The notes: generated by a model not told the origin, from the sequence alone. A stretch of DNA of 24,000 nucleotides from Candidatus Colwellbacteria bacterium (GCA_016178255.1 JACOTQ010000022.1:1961-25960), one strand, 5' to 3'; positions 1 to 7,518 are shown, counted from the stretch's first letter. Numbers and translations are program-made.

Positions 1-669
1 CGTCAATTCCTCTGGCTTCCGCGTCTTTGGCAATCTTCACGATATAATCCCAATATTCTTTGCTACCCGGGTCTATCCAGCCCAGGCCCTTACGGTCAGT
101 CCAAATTTTACCCGTTGTCTTATTTTTAATTGCCAAATCGGGCCTGGCCGCGGCCAAAATCGGGTCCTGGAAAACCGTTACTCTGCCTATAACATAAATA
201 TTATCTTCGTGGAGCTTCTTAATCAAAGAATTGATTCTGGGGATTCTTATTTCTCTCGCGCCATATTTTTTAACTTCTTCCACTTCGGTGTTATAAGTAA
301 CATTCCCGGAATAGTCTTTTATATCAATCACTATCGCGTTAAGTTCTGTCGTTTTAATAAGGTCGGTCAGATAATTTATCCTGCTTGGGGTTCCCGCCGA
401 CCAACTGGTAGCGTAAACGGCTTTTATGACCTGCGGCGGCTCAGCCAACTTTTTTTGAGGTTCAGCATCAGAATTTTTCTTCGTCTCCGGTCTCACAACT
501 TCCGTATCCTCCTTGGGCGGGTTGCTTCCGGAATCCCGGGAAGCTCAAATACCGTCTTATCATAGCCAACATTCACGGCAGCCAGTTCAAAACTTCTATC
601 CTTATTTAACAAAAAAACCGCGCCGGACGAGGCAACGATAAACATCAGAATAACGAGAAAGCGGCGCAT
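1..669 (-). CDS. DUF4015-like putative glycoside hydrolase (TIM-barrel) with N-terminal membrane anchor; C-terminus lies beyond the window start; apparent frameshift between anchor and body
   Basis: Minus-strand ATG at 669 reads MRRFLVILMFIVASSGAVFLLNKD... (hydrophobic anchor) and stops at 493. A second minus frame is open from 544 to the window edge and reads ...PQVIKAVYATSWSAGTPSRINYLTDLIKTTELNAIVIDIKDYSGNVTYNTEVEEVKKYGAREIRIPRINSLIKKLHEDNIYVIGRVTVFQDPILAAARPDLAIKNKTTGKIWTDRKGLGWIDPGSKEYWDYIVKIAKDAEARGID. This matches my memory of the PF13200/DUF4015 family. It is absent from the supplied ORF track because it is open-ended. Confidence 0.6.
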
Positions 670-720
670 TTACAACAAGAGTATACAGCATAAGAGAATG
701 CAACGGGAGGGCTGAATTGC

Positions 721-748
721 TATATACTATATACTGTATACTATATAC
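721..748. repeat. Four tandem 7-bp units (TATATAC TATATAC TGTATAC TATATAC) in the divergent promoter region upstream of dnaX
   Basis: Read directly at 721-748. The last unit supplies a TATACT -10-like hexamer at 744-749, 7 nt before the dnaX ATG at 757. Confidence 0.8.
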
Positions 749-756
749 TTTAAACC

Positions 757-1765
757 ATGTCACTCGCCATTTACCGCAAATACCGACCCAAATCATTGAA
801 AGACCTCATAGGCCAGGAAGTTATTGTGGAAGTTATAAGAAACGCTGCCAAATTAGACTTGTTAAGCCACGCTTACTTGTTTTACGGCCCGCGCGGAACC
901 GGCAAAACCACGGCCGCGAGGATACTCGCCAAAATTGCCAACTGTGAATTGAGGGCCAAAGACGCTAAATTCCGCGCCAAGGGCGAACCGTGCAATGAAT
1001 GCCGGCCCTGCAAAGAGATTGACGAAGGCCGCGCGCTTGATGTCGTTGAAATTGACGCCGCTTCCAACCGCGGAATAGACGAAATGAGAAACCTACCACG
1101 CCATTTTCGTTCTCGCCACAACCGAGTACGAAAAACTTCCGGCAACCATAACCTCCCGAACCCAGCGCTTTCATTTTCACAGACTGCCGATACAAATAAT
1201 TCTAAAAAAATTGAACAAAATTGCGATAGAAGAAAAGTTGAAAGTAGACGGCGATGCCCTCGAACTTGTCGCGACCGCCTCCGATGGCAGCTTCAGGGAC
1301 GCGGAGTCTCTTCTTGAACAAGTTATCTCACTGGGAGACGGAGGCACGCTGGAAAATGTTGAAAAACTATTAGGCAAAGTCGGCCTCGTTAGAACCGCGA
1401 CCTTGGGAGGATTTCTCTTAGATAAAGATTTACAGGCTTCGCTTGATTACCTCGCCGAAATAAACGAGGCCGGCTTCAATCTCATCCAGCTGAATAAAGA
1501 TTTGATTCATTACCTAAGGAGAGTTTTGTCTTTGAAATTCGACCCAGCCCTTGAGGAAGTTTTTAAAAGAGAATTAACAACAGAAGAAATTTCTTGGCTC
1601 AAAAAACACGGTTCGGCCATTAAGGATGACCAGTATGCCATCAATCTCGTTAAATCCCTAATCAGAGCCTACAGCGAAATGCGCTACAGCCCCTTCGCCA
1701 TTGTCCCTTTGGAAATCGCTATAATAGAAAACCTGAGAACTCAAAGCGAGGAAGGAAAAGCCTAA
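757..1765 (+). pseudogene. dnaX: DNA polymerase III gamma/tau subunit (DnaX), disrupted by an internal deletion of about 40 codons plus a frame change
   Basis: Frame 1 from ATG 757 gives MSLAIYRKYRPKSLKDLIGQE...LFYGPRGTGKTT (Walker A), CNECRPC (zinc module) and EIDAASNRGIDEMRNL, then becomes nonsense. Frame 2 from about 1097 gives HAIFVLATTEYEKLPATITSRTQRFHF (sensor-1/SRC box) and ...DGSFRDAESLLEQ, ending at TAA 1763-1765. About 1 nt separates the two conserved blocks, so the segment that normally carries Walker B (DExH) and the EEPP box is missing. Confidence 0.85.
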
Positions 1766-1766
1766 C

Positions 1767-1796
1767 ATACTACATCACCGATCGGTGATGTAGTAT
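1767..1796. repeat. 30-bp perfect palindrome ATACTACATCACCGATCGGTGATGTAGTAT (copy 1), between the convergent dnaX and 1808-2263 genes
   Basis: Base-by-base check: positions 1767-1781 pair perfectly with 1796-1782. Near-identical to the element at 8286-8317. Confidence 0.9.
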
Positions 1797-1807
1797 ACTT
1801 GACGAGC

Positions 1808-2263
1808 TTACTGAATTCTTGTGTAGTTTAGGATAATTTGCTGCTTGTCTTTTAAGATGAAACCATGGTCAGTAACCTCAACACCGTCAACAGTCATCTT
1901 GAGATTGTAGCCATCTCTATTGATACTTCTGCCCCAAGCATTGAAGATGTCGCCTAATGTGTATTCTCTCGTATCCTGCGCTTCAACGTGTATTTCGCCG
2001 GTATCATCGTGAGTATGAATCGCTTTCTCGCAAGCTCCTAAACCGATATTTACCGGCAAAGCTTCATCTTTTCCGTCAACCTCTATCGTAAGGTGCGGAT
2101 GTATATGCTGCTGCAACGGCATACTGGCAATCAAACAAGGAACACCTGCGTTATTAGAAGTTTCTCCGGAAGTTGGCTCACCGCTGAAATTGAGGACTAT
2201 AGCCAAACCGGCAACCAAAACCACACCGCCAATAACAATCAAAAGAAATTTGTCTTTTAACAT
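1808..2263 (-). CDS. Conserved hypothetical membrane-anchored protein with His-rich motifs (HIHPH, IHTHDDTGEIH)
   Basis: 151-aa ORF with an N-terminal hydrophobic helix (LLIVIGGVVLVAGLAIVL). The HxHPH and HTHD motifs suggest metal binding. A TATACT box lies 10 nt upstream of the ATG. No family name assigned. Confidence 0.65.
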   Translation of the reverse strand: MLKDKFLLIVIGGVVLVAGLAIVLNFSGEPTSGETSNNAGVPCLIASMPLQQHIHPHLTIEVDGKDEALPVNIGLGACEKAIHTHDDTGEIHVEAQDTREYTLGDIFNAWGRSINRDGYNLKMTVDGVEVTDHGFILKDKQQIILNYTRIQ

Positions 2264-2288
2264 AAGTTTTAATAGTATAGAACAAGAT

Positions 2289-2359
2289 TGCCGGGTCGTC
2301 TAATGGTAGGACAGTGGCCTTTGAAGCCATTAATCGGGGTTCGAGCCCCTGCCCGGCAG
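2289..2359 (+). tRNA. tRNA-Gln (anticodon UUG)
   Basis: Hand-folded cloverleaf. Acceptor TGCCGGG/CCCGGCA (U1-A72). D arm GTCT-AATGGTA-GGAC. Anticodon arm GTGGC-CTTTGAA-GCCAT (anticodon TTG). Variable loop TAAT. T arm CGGGG-TTCGAGC-CCCTG. Discriminator G. CCA is not encoded. Confidence 0.85.
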
Positions 2360-2447
2360 CTGATTAGGAATTCATCCCGAGCGCATCGGCGTGAGAGATA
2401 GAATTTCAATCATCCCGAGGAGGCAAAGCCGACGAGGGAATATAACC

Positions 2448-2705
2448 ATGTACTATGTCTATATCCTCGAATGCGCTGATAGCTCCTTATATGTTGGTTG
2501 TACAAATGATTTAGATAAACGGATAAAACAGCATAATGAATCAGAATTGGGTGCGCATTACACTAAAATCAGAAGGCCGGTTAAGTTAAAATATTTTGAA
2601 CAATTCAATACACTTATAAAAGCTAGACGGCGCGAGTCCGAAATCAAGGGCTGGCGTAGAGAAAAGAAATTAAATTTAATAAAGTTCGGCAAGCCTGTTG
2701 TATAA
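2448..2705 (+). CDS. GIY-YIG nuclease superfamily protein (UPF0213/YhbQ-like, about 85 aa)
   Basis: MYYVYILECADSSLYVGCTNDLDKRIKQHN...ARRRESEIKGWRREKK shows the YVYIL / YVG / R..H / E..K GIY-YIG pattern. I prefer ATG 2448 over the GTG 2391 used by the ORF track. Confidence 0.8.
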   Translation: MYYVYILECADSSLYVGCTNDLDKRIKQHNESELGAHYTKIRRPVKLKYFEQFNTLIKARRRESEIKGWRREKKLNLIKFGKPVV

Positions 2706-2828
2706 TTCACTGGGAGCAGTATAGAAGCGACCACAAATTTATTATTAACACGGATAACTTTGCTAAACTGATAGAATCATTACCGACAAAAAATATATTT
2801 ACAACACAAAATAAATTAAAAAGAAACG

Positions 2829-3281
2829 ATGAGTAAAACTAAAGAAATACTTTTTATAGAGACAGATTATAGTTGTGCTTATTGTGGGCAAAAAGGGCGG
2901 GAAAATCTTAGCATTGATCATATTGACGGTCGTCATATACAACATTCCAAAAAATACGATAACTTGATAGTTCTTTGCCATAACTGCCATCATAGAAAAA
3001 CAAAAGCAAAAGATATAACTCTTGAGGATATAAAGAGATTAAAAAAGATGCTTATTATTAAAACTCTAACTCAATTCGGTGTAAATGCATTAAAACTCGC
3101 CCACAGAAATAACTTTGGTATAGTGATAAATCCACTATTTATGTATCATTTAGTAGACTTAGGATTATTTGAACAGAAGGATGTCATATCGAGTCTTGCT
3201 GAAGACGGAAAAGAAGTTACAACGGAAGTTTTGTTTATTATAACACCCGAAGGAAAAAGAATATGTGAGAAATGGTTTTAA
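2829..3281 (+). CDS. HNH endonuclease with an uncharacterised C-terminal domain
   Basis: CAYCG...LSIDHIDG...NLIVLCHNCHHRK is a classical HNH/zinc-finger core. It lies in the most AT-rich stretch of the window. Confidence 0.8.
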   Translation: MSKTKEILFIETDYSCAYCGQKGRENLSIDHIDGRHIQHSKKYDNLIVLCHNCHHRKTKAKDITLEDIKRLKKMLIIKTLTQFGVNALKLAHRNNFGIVINPLFMYHLVDLGLFEQKDVISSLAEDGKEVTTEVLFIITPEGKRICEKWF

Positions 3282-3486
3282 TAAAACGATCAAAAGAAAT
3301 TCTTAGCAAAAAACCCAATAGTGAATGCCTTTGATTCTTATTTAAATGATTTGGATGTAGTTATAGACAGAATTAGCGATTTCCATGAAGGTAAATTTCT
3401 TTTGAAATTAAAAGAGTTATTAGACAAGAAAAAGATGAGGATAGTTAATATTTATTAAAACTGAATTTTTGCTATAGTTGAACAAT

Positions 3487-3639
3487 ATGAACATCGAATG
3501 GAATAAAGTAACTTGGTACTCAAAACTGCTCGCGGTTGTGATCTTCGTGGCAACTTTCTTTTTAGGTTTCTACTTTGGCGCGTTCTATGAGAAAAAACAA
3601 GAATTATCTTCCATTAACTTCCAAGCTCAACCTTTCTAA
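3487..3639 (+). CDS. Small single-pass membrane protein (50 aa)
   Basis: MNIEWNKVTWYSKLLAVVIFVATFFLGFYFGAFYEKKQELSSINFQAQPF. A TATAGT box lies 8 nt upstream of the ATG. Below the ORF-track size cutoff. The N-terminal WNKVTWYS motif resembles small proteins I recall from CPR genomes. Confidence 0.5.
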   Translation: MNIEWNKVTWYSKLLAVVIFVATFFLGFYFGAFYEKKQELSSINFQAQPF

Positions 3640-3653
3640 AATTTATAGGAGTT

Positions 3654-5075
3654 ATGAATAATAGAAAATTTGGTCTTGGTTTTTCCTCGCTCGATAAAAT
3701 AGTTTCAATAGAGCAGTTACCTGTCACGGGAACCGTTCCGGCGTGGCTTTCCGGAACTCTCGTGAGAAACGGCCCCGCCAAGTTTGAGGTTGGCAAGAAA
3801 AAATTGCGGCACTGGTTCGATGGTTTCGCGATGCTTCATAAATTTTCTTTCGAGCATGGAAAGGTTTCCTATGCCAACAAATTTTTAGAGAGCAGGGCAT
3901 ATACCTACGCTCAAGAAAAAGAAACGGTTGGCTACTCCGAATTTGCGACCGACCCGTGCCGTTCTATCTTCAAGCGTTTTACGCAAATGTTTTCTCCGCA
4001 ACCAACTGATAACGCCAATGTTAATGTTTCAAAAACCGCAAGCGAGTTTGTGGCCATTACAGAAACTCCTTTACCTATTGAATTTGATCCAAAAACGCTT
4101 GAGACCGCCGGTGTATTGAAATACAACGATACATTAAAAGGAAATCTCACAACCGCCCATCCGCATTATGATTTCGAGAAGAAAGAAGGAATAAATTATC
4201 TGACTTATTTTTCTGCCAAGAGCACTTATAATATTTATTGCATTCCCCACGGCTCAAAAACGAGAGAAATTATCGGCACTATTCCTGCAAAAGAACCAGC
4301 CTATATGCATAGTTTTGGAATGACACAGAACTATGTCGTGTTGGCCGAATATCCTTTTGTTGTGAATCCATTAATTTTGTTATTAAGCGGCAAGCCGTTT
4401 ATAGAAAATTTTAAGTGGAAACCGAACAGGGGAACTAACTTTCTCTTGTTAGACAGAAAAACTGGAAAGCTGCGAGGCAGGTACACCACAGAATCGTTTT
4501 TCGCTTTCCATCACATCAACGCTTTTGAAGAAGAGGGCAGGGTAATTATTGACATTGTCGCGTACCCAAATACGGACATCATCCAATCTCTCTATCTTGA
4601 TGTTTTACGAGGCGACACAAATAAAAATATGGTTTCGGCTGGCGAGTTCAGGCGTTATCAAATATCTCTTTCGGATTCATCCGTAAAGTATCAAGTGATT
4701 TCGGATAGCCCAATTGAACTCTCTCGAATTAACTACGAATTATCGAACACAAGAAATTATCGTTTTGTGTATGGAGTTGGTTCAAATAAAAACAACCCCG
4801 ACAATTTCCTTGATAGATTAGTCAAGATTGACATTCAAGCGCGGACTTCCAAAACTTGGCAAGAGGAGGAATGTTATCCCGGTGAGCCGGTTTTCATACC
4901 TTCGCCCAATGCGATAAAAGAAGACGAGGGCGTTATCGTTTCAGTGGTTTTGAACGCGAAAAAAGAAAATTCATTTCTCCTGATTTTGGACACTGCCTCA
5001 TTTAATGAAATAGCGAGAGCCGAAGTTCCGCACCACATCCCTTTCGGTTTTCACGGAAATTTTTATCGAGGATAA
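3654..5075 (+). CDS. Carotenoid (apocarotenoid/stilbene) cleavage oxygenase, RPE65/CCO family
   Basis: 473 aa with all four iron-ligand His contexts in order: TAHPHYD, YMHSFGMT, FFAFHHINAFEE, IPFGFHGNFY. An AGGAG Shine-Dalgarno sequence lies upstream of the ATG. Confidence 0.85.
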   Translation: MNNRKFGLGFSSLDKIVSIEQLPVTGTVPAWLSGTLVRNGPAKFEVGKKKLRHWFDGFAMLHKFSFEHGKVSYANKFLESRAYTYAQEKETVGYSEFATDPCRSIFKRFTQMFSPQPTDNANVNVSKTASEFVAITETPLPIEFDPKTLETAGVLKYNDTLKGNLTTAHPHYDFEKKEGINYLTYFSAKSTYNIYCIPHGSKTREIIGTIPAKEPAYMHSFGMTQNYVVLAEYPFVVNPLILLLSGKPFIENFKWKPNRGTNFLLLDRKTGKLRGRYTTESFFAFHHINAFEEEGRVIIDIVAYPNTDIIQSLYLDVLRGDTNKNMVSAGEFRRYQISLSDSSVKYQVISDSPIELSRINYELSNTRNYRFVYGVGSNKNNPDNFLDRLVKIDIQARTSKTWQEEECYPGEPVFIPSPNAIKEDEGVIVSVVLNAKKENSFLLILDTASFNEIARAEVPHHIPFGFHGNFYRG

Positions 5076-5168
5076 ATGAAACCATTTTCATTTTCCCCTC
5101 GGCCATACGGCCTCGAGTTTTAATTATTTTATTCGCCCCCACGCCAATCACATAGCATAGCTTGAAAA

Positions 5169-5206
5169 GGGCGGAGCCGAAGCCCAGCAGGGCTGAGGCG
5201 ACGCCT
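5169..5206. other. GC-rich symmetric stem-loop inside a 348-nt noncoding gap
   Basis: GGCG-GA-GCC-GAA-GCCC-AGCA-GGGC-UGA-GGC-GA-CGCC. Hand pairing gives three Watson-Crick helices separated by a tandem G.A/A.G step and a 3x3 internal loop. Confidence 0.5.
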
Positions 5207-5423
5207 TCCTTCCGTTAAAGACAGAAAACAGGGTGTTGTCGGGAGTGTGCCGTTCTCAAAAGAGGCAGATGGAATCAGGCCTTTATGGACATTTGCACGT
5301 TCACTTCTATGAATGAAGGGGTAATTGAAGAAGCGAATGAATAACTTTTGCCGTATCCAAAACTATGAATTTTTGGTAAAGTAGGTTCGTATTGGGTCAT
5401 AGAGAGTAGCCATATTGTGACAG

Positions 5424-6140
5424 ATGGCACTCTATCGATACACAACAATTAGTGGATACATGAAACAGGAATTAAGGTTATTAGAAGATTATAATGATAA
5501 GCTCTCAGAAATTTATGACAAAGAGATTACTAACCCTGATCATTTTTGGTATGTTCCTCCCAAAGTCAAAGAATTTTTAAGCCCGTATATCAAGTCTAAT
5601 TGCAAAGTTTTAGATATTGGAATTGGAACCGGAAAAACAGCGGAATATTTTTCCGAAAAAAAATGCGTAATAACCGGAGTAGATATATCTCAAAAGATGT
5701 TAGATGCGGCTAAATCCCAACATCCTGATTGGGAATTATTCAAAGCGGATATCCAAAGTGGATTTGATTTTCTGGAGGGTCAAAAATTCGATATTATTAT
5801 CGCCGCGGGGATATTTGAATTCGTTGAAAATATAGAAACAGTATTGGAACATCTTTATTCTCTATCAAACACTTCTGGAAAAATTTGTTTCACTTATGAA
5901 GAATACATACCCGATAGTCGGCTTCAGCAATGGAAAATATCAGAATTAGGCAAGGGAATTACCGATCCAATACCGGGGAATTTATCATTCCTAGTTTATA
6001 GAAGAACGGCAGAAGAGGTTGAAAATATCTTAACTCCTATTTTTCAAATTCTAAAATCTGAAAGAATAATCGCTTATTATAAAACTCCTGATAAGATTCC
6101 GGTACAATACAATATCCTTCTAATTCAGAAAAATGCGTAA
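5424..6140 (+). CDS. Class I SAM-dependent methyltransferase
   Basis: Motif I is VLDIGIGTGKTAEYF, followed by the acidic GVDIS and IIIAAGIFEFV blocks. The start could instead be ATG 5460 (MKQELRLL). Confidence 0.75.
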   Translation: MALYRYTTISGYMKQELRLLEDYNDKLSEIYDKEITNPDHFWYVPPKVKEFLSPYIKSNCKVLDIGIGTGKTAEYFSEKKCVITGVDISQKMLDAAKSQHPDWELFKADIQSGFDFLEGQKFDIIIAAGIFEFVENIETVLEHLYSLSNTSGKICFTYEEYIPDSRLQQWKISELGKGITDPIPGNLSFLVYRRTAEEVENILTPIFQILKSERIIAYYKTPDKIPVQYNILLIQKNA

Positions 6141-6169
6141 TAATATTGTGCCCCGATAGGATTAAATCT

Positions 6170-6763
6170 ATGAAATTATTAATTGCCACATTCAATAAAG
6201 GAAAACTGGGCGACTACCAGCATTTCTGCAAAGACCTGCCGCTCGAAGTTATCAGTTTAAACGACCTCGGTATCACAGAAGAATTCGATGAGGCTTATAA
6301 CACATTTGAAGAAAACTCCAAGGAAAAGGCAAAATTTTATTCCAAACTAAGCAACCTTCCCACTATTGCTGACGACAGCGGCATTGAAATACCTTTTTAT
6401 AATATGGAGCCGGGCGTCAAAACAAAACGCTGGGGCGGTGATTTAAATGACGAAGAATATTTTGCGTTTATTTTGACCAAGATTAAACAAATCCCCCAAT
6501 CGCGTGAACAAGCTCAAATGCGAGCAGTACTCACGCTATGCGTCAACGAAAATTGTTACCAAGCTGAAGGAAAAATCTTAGGAACGCTCACGGATAAGGT
6601 CTATGAACATAGCGAGACACACGGATACCCGTGGGATAGAGTTTTTATTCTAAAAGACAACGGCAAATACTACGAAGAATTAAATGACGAAGAGAACTAT
6701 CAATTCAATCACCGTAGAATCGCGCTCGATAAATTGAAGACACACTTACAAACCATCCGATAG
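6170..6763 (+). CDS. rdgB: Non-canonical purine NTP pyrophosphatase (RdgB/HAM1/ITPase family)
   Basis: MKLLIATFNKGKLGDY..., ADDSGIEI, HGYPWDRVF and NHRRIALDKL follow the ATxNxGK / DDSG / (F/Y)GYDP / SHR pattern. I prefer ATG 6170 over the TTG 6146 used by the ORF track. Confidence 0.75.
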   Translation: MKLLIATFNKGKLGDYQHFCKDLPLEVISLNDLGITEEFDEAYNTFEENSKEKAKFYSKLSNLPTIADDSGIEIPFYNMEPGVKTKRWGGDLNDEEYFAFILTKIKQIPQSREQAQMRAVLTLCVNENCYQAEGKILGTLTDKVYEHSETHGYPWDRVFILKDNGKYYEELNDEENYQFNHRRIALDKLKTHLQTIR

Positions 6764-6806
6764 TCCCTTTACACAGTTTATACACTTTTATGGTGCATAG
6801 CACTTG

Positions 6807-6822
6807 AAGTTTATATAAACTT
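6807..6822. promoter_or_regulatory. 16-bp perfect palindrome AAGTTTATATAAACTT, 19 nt upstream of lexA; candidate autoregulatory operator
   Basis: The palindrome was verified by hand. Its position relative to lexA is the only functional argument, and AT-rich palindromes can arise by chance. Confidence 0.25.
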
Positions 6823-6840
6823 ATGAGATGATAAAAGTAT

Positions 6841-7518
6841 ATGAAAAATTTGAAGCCTCTCACGGAAGACCAGCAAAAAGTTTTTAACTTTATAGCCAGT
6901 CATATAGACGACACAGGCAAGTCCCCTACCATAGCAGAAATCAAAGAGAAATTTAATTTTGTTTCTTCAAGGTCGGTGACACAATACCTGGAAGCTTTAA
7001 CTAAAAAGGACCTGATTAGACGCGAGCGATACAAAAGCCGGGGCATAATGTTAATGAACCGAAACAATAACGACATTGTTCAACTACCAGTCTTTGCTTC
7101 AGCCGGTTGTGGCAGTCCGGCAATTATCGCTCAACGAACTTTTGATGATTTCATTTCAGTCGCCGCCAGTTTGATTCATGGTAGAAAAAAGGAAGACCTC
7201 TATGTAATAAAGGCCATCGGAACATCAATGAATGAAGCTGGTATTAACGACGGTGATTACCTGCTGGTTGAAAGAACCGAAGGGCAAGATATTAATATTG
7301 GTGATAAGGTCGTGGCTATAATTGATGACAGCGCGGTAGTTAAAAGATATGTGCGCTCGGATGACCTTATAATTCTCCAGCCCGTTTCTTCTGACAAATC
7401 CCATAAACCAATTATTTTAGACGCGAACTCAACATATAAAATCTTTGGGAAAGTCTTGAAAACTATCCGTATGCCAAAAACCAATGGCATGCGATATATA
7501 GAAGGAACTAATTATTAG
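6841..7518 (+). CDS. lexA: LexA-type transcriptional repressor (winged-helix N-domain plus S24 peptidase)
   Basis: The N-terminal PTIAEIKEKFNFVSSRSVTQYLEALTKKDLI is a wHTH. SAGCG is a candidate Ala-Gly cleavage site. GTSMNEAG carries the catalytic Ser and AVVKRY the catalytic Lys. Confidence 0.85.
   Translation: MKNLKPLTEDQQKVFNFIASHIDDTGKSPTIAEIKEKFNFVSSRSVTQYLEALTKKDLIRRERYKSRGIMLMNRNNNDIVQLPVFASAGCGSPAIIAQRTFDDFISVAASLIHGRKKEDLYVIKAIGTSMNEAGINDGDYLLVERTEGQDINIGDKVVAIIDDSAVVKRYVRSDDLIILQPVSSDKSHKPIILDANSTYKIFGKVLKTIRMPKTNGMRYIEGTNY

Noticed and set aside
209-565. 118-aa plus-strand ORF from the track
   Set aside because: It lies antisense to the well-conserved DUF4015-like reading frame and is low-complexity with no recognisable motif. 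It is a shadow ORF.
721-748. Possible CRISPR array or minisatellite
   Set aside because: There are only four 7-bp units with no spacers. No CRISPR-like repeat-spacer structure exists anywhere in the window.
602-947. ORFs 602-796 (-) and 717-947 (+)
   Set aside because: They span the divergent promoter and heptamer repeats or overlap dnaX out of frame. No motifs, and better explained by neighbouring genes.
882-1377. Minus-strand ORFs inside dnaX (882-1145, 965-1195, 1177-1377)
   Set aside because: They are antisense to conserved DnaX blocks, so they are shadow ORFs. I also checked whether they might encode the missing Walker B segment, and they do not.
757-1765. Programmed ribosomal frameshifting (as in E. 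coli dnaX tau/gamma) as an explanation for the dnaX frame change
   Set aside because: The E. coli signal lies after the ATPase domains and truncates the protein. Here conserved sequence is physically missing from inside the ATPase domain, and no slippery A-rich heptamer with a downstream hairpin sits at the junction.
3321-3458. 45-codon GTG-initiated ORF (VNAFDSYLNDLDVVIDRISDFHEGKFLLKLKELLDKKKMRIVNIY) downstream of the HNH gene
   Set aside because: It is short, has a non-ATG start, no ribosome-binding site and no motif. It is probably a fragment within the AT-rich islet. It is mentioned in the islet finding only.
5130-5340. CGGAAGGAAGG on the minus strand resembling the SRP RNA helix-8 string CCGGAAGGAAGC
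   Set aside because: The flanking bases cannot form the GGAA-capped helix or the symmetric loop, so the similarity is a short string match only.
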